A stretch of 64,000 nucleotides of DNA from the NCBI RefSeq assembly GCF_009914755.1, contig NC_060926.1; one strand, given 5' to 3'. Positions 63,088-64,000 of this stretch are shown piece by piece (positions within the stretch are counted from its first letter, which is position 1; the number at the start of each line of letters is the position of its first letter). The notes under the pieces were generated by a model. The model was given only the letters and a program-made list of their open reading frames with translations. It had not been told where the DNA came from and did no database searches. Position numbers and translations under genes: made by a program. Source of the stretch: the human T2T-CHM13v2.0 reference genome, Homo sapiens.

Positions 63088-64000
63088 TTTCCTGGTGGCA
63101 AAAGAGGAAGACATGTAAACAAGCCAGTGGCGATGTGGGGGCACCCAGGGTGCAGGGAGAGCATGTTCTCACTCTCCTTCCCCACCTAATGCTCTAGCCC
63201 TAACAACAGGGCCTCCCACTCGTGTCTTCACCAGTCAGGCTGGGACACAGGGTAACAGCAGGGAAGAGCCCACATTCCTGAGCAGGACCTCTGCTTGCGT
63301 CTTTCTTACCCTGACTTGCCATGCACATGCTTGACTCCAACGCTCATCCTTCATTACGGTAAGTGGGCGCTAATAGCAATTGTGCTTGAATTTGCACAGA
63401 TGTGATTGAATCATGCATCAGGGGCTTCCATTCCCCAAAGGCCTTGGGAGATGGACCTCTGCAATTCAGTCCTAATCAACAATGGAGCACCCATCTGTGT
63501 AAAGCACCCTCAGAGGCCCTAGGGGCACAAACACAAACACGATCTCATTCCTGCCCCGGGAGAGTTCACAGGCTGGTAGGGGAGACACAGAAGAACTATG
63601 CACACTGCAATGTGATCAGACAATGTAAAAAGTCTTACTTAACACTACGTTTATCTGAGCAAAATCACTGCTGGCCCCATAAGGACCCAGTCAGAGGCCA
63701 CAGGCAGATGGGGACAGCCAGATTAGGAAAAAGAATCAAGAATTTGTATTTTTCAAGGCAATTGCTAACTCCATTTTAAAGATCAACTTTCATCTGATTA
63801 ATTATCAAAGGAAAGAGAAGACAATAAACCCACTTGAATTTTGTTTAAATACATGGGCTGGCATAAGATTTAATGACACCATTTTCAGAGGAGTATTTAA
63901 AATTATAATTTTCGTTAAAAGAACATTTGCTGAGGTCCCATAAATCTGTCACATGGGTGTGGGATTTTTTGATAAATCAAATCTCCCTTCTGTAGCTCAA

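Overview
Primate, almost certainly human, repeat-rich genomic DNA (Alu, L1, L2, MIR, MaLR/ERV LTRs, hAT DNA transposons). It contains one compact multi-exon protein-coding gene on the + strand at ~49.9-53.1 kb, which I recognise from memory as TEX51 (testis-expressed 51, chr2q14.3). As I recall it, the reference protein is 166 aa, and the splice signals suggest that form is incomplete. Three alternative choices, each with a good splice consensus, change the protein: a distal exon-1 donor (+18 aa), an 18-nt microexon at 50839-50856 encoding A-C-N-E-S-C, and a donor shifted 4 nt at 52286. Together they give a 204-aa type-I membrane protein with a signal peptide, the full 8-cysteine Izumo-domain pattern (CxxC...CxxxC-x10-CxxC-x6-C-x5-C), a clean transmembrane helix with a basic stop-transfer, and a stop in the last exon. 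This makes it a candidate additional member of the IZUMO/SPACA6/TMEM95 sperm-fusion superfamily. Other oddities are an Alu flanked by a ~200-bp direct duplication, a 92-bp non-Alu inverted repeat flanking 0.8 kb, an orphan CpG-rich island with a CTCF-like site, and an LTR10-like solo LTR with AP-1 sites. Repeat subfamily names come from recalled consensus sequences, not from a RepeatMasker run, and their boundaries are approximate.
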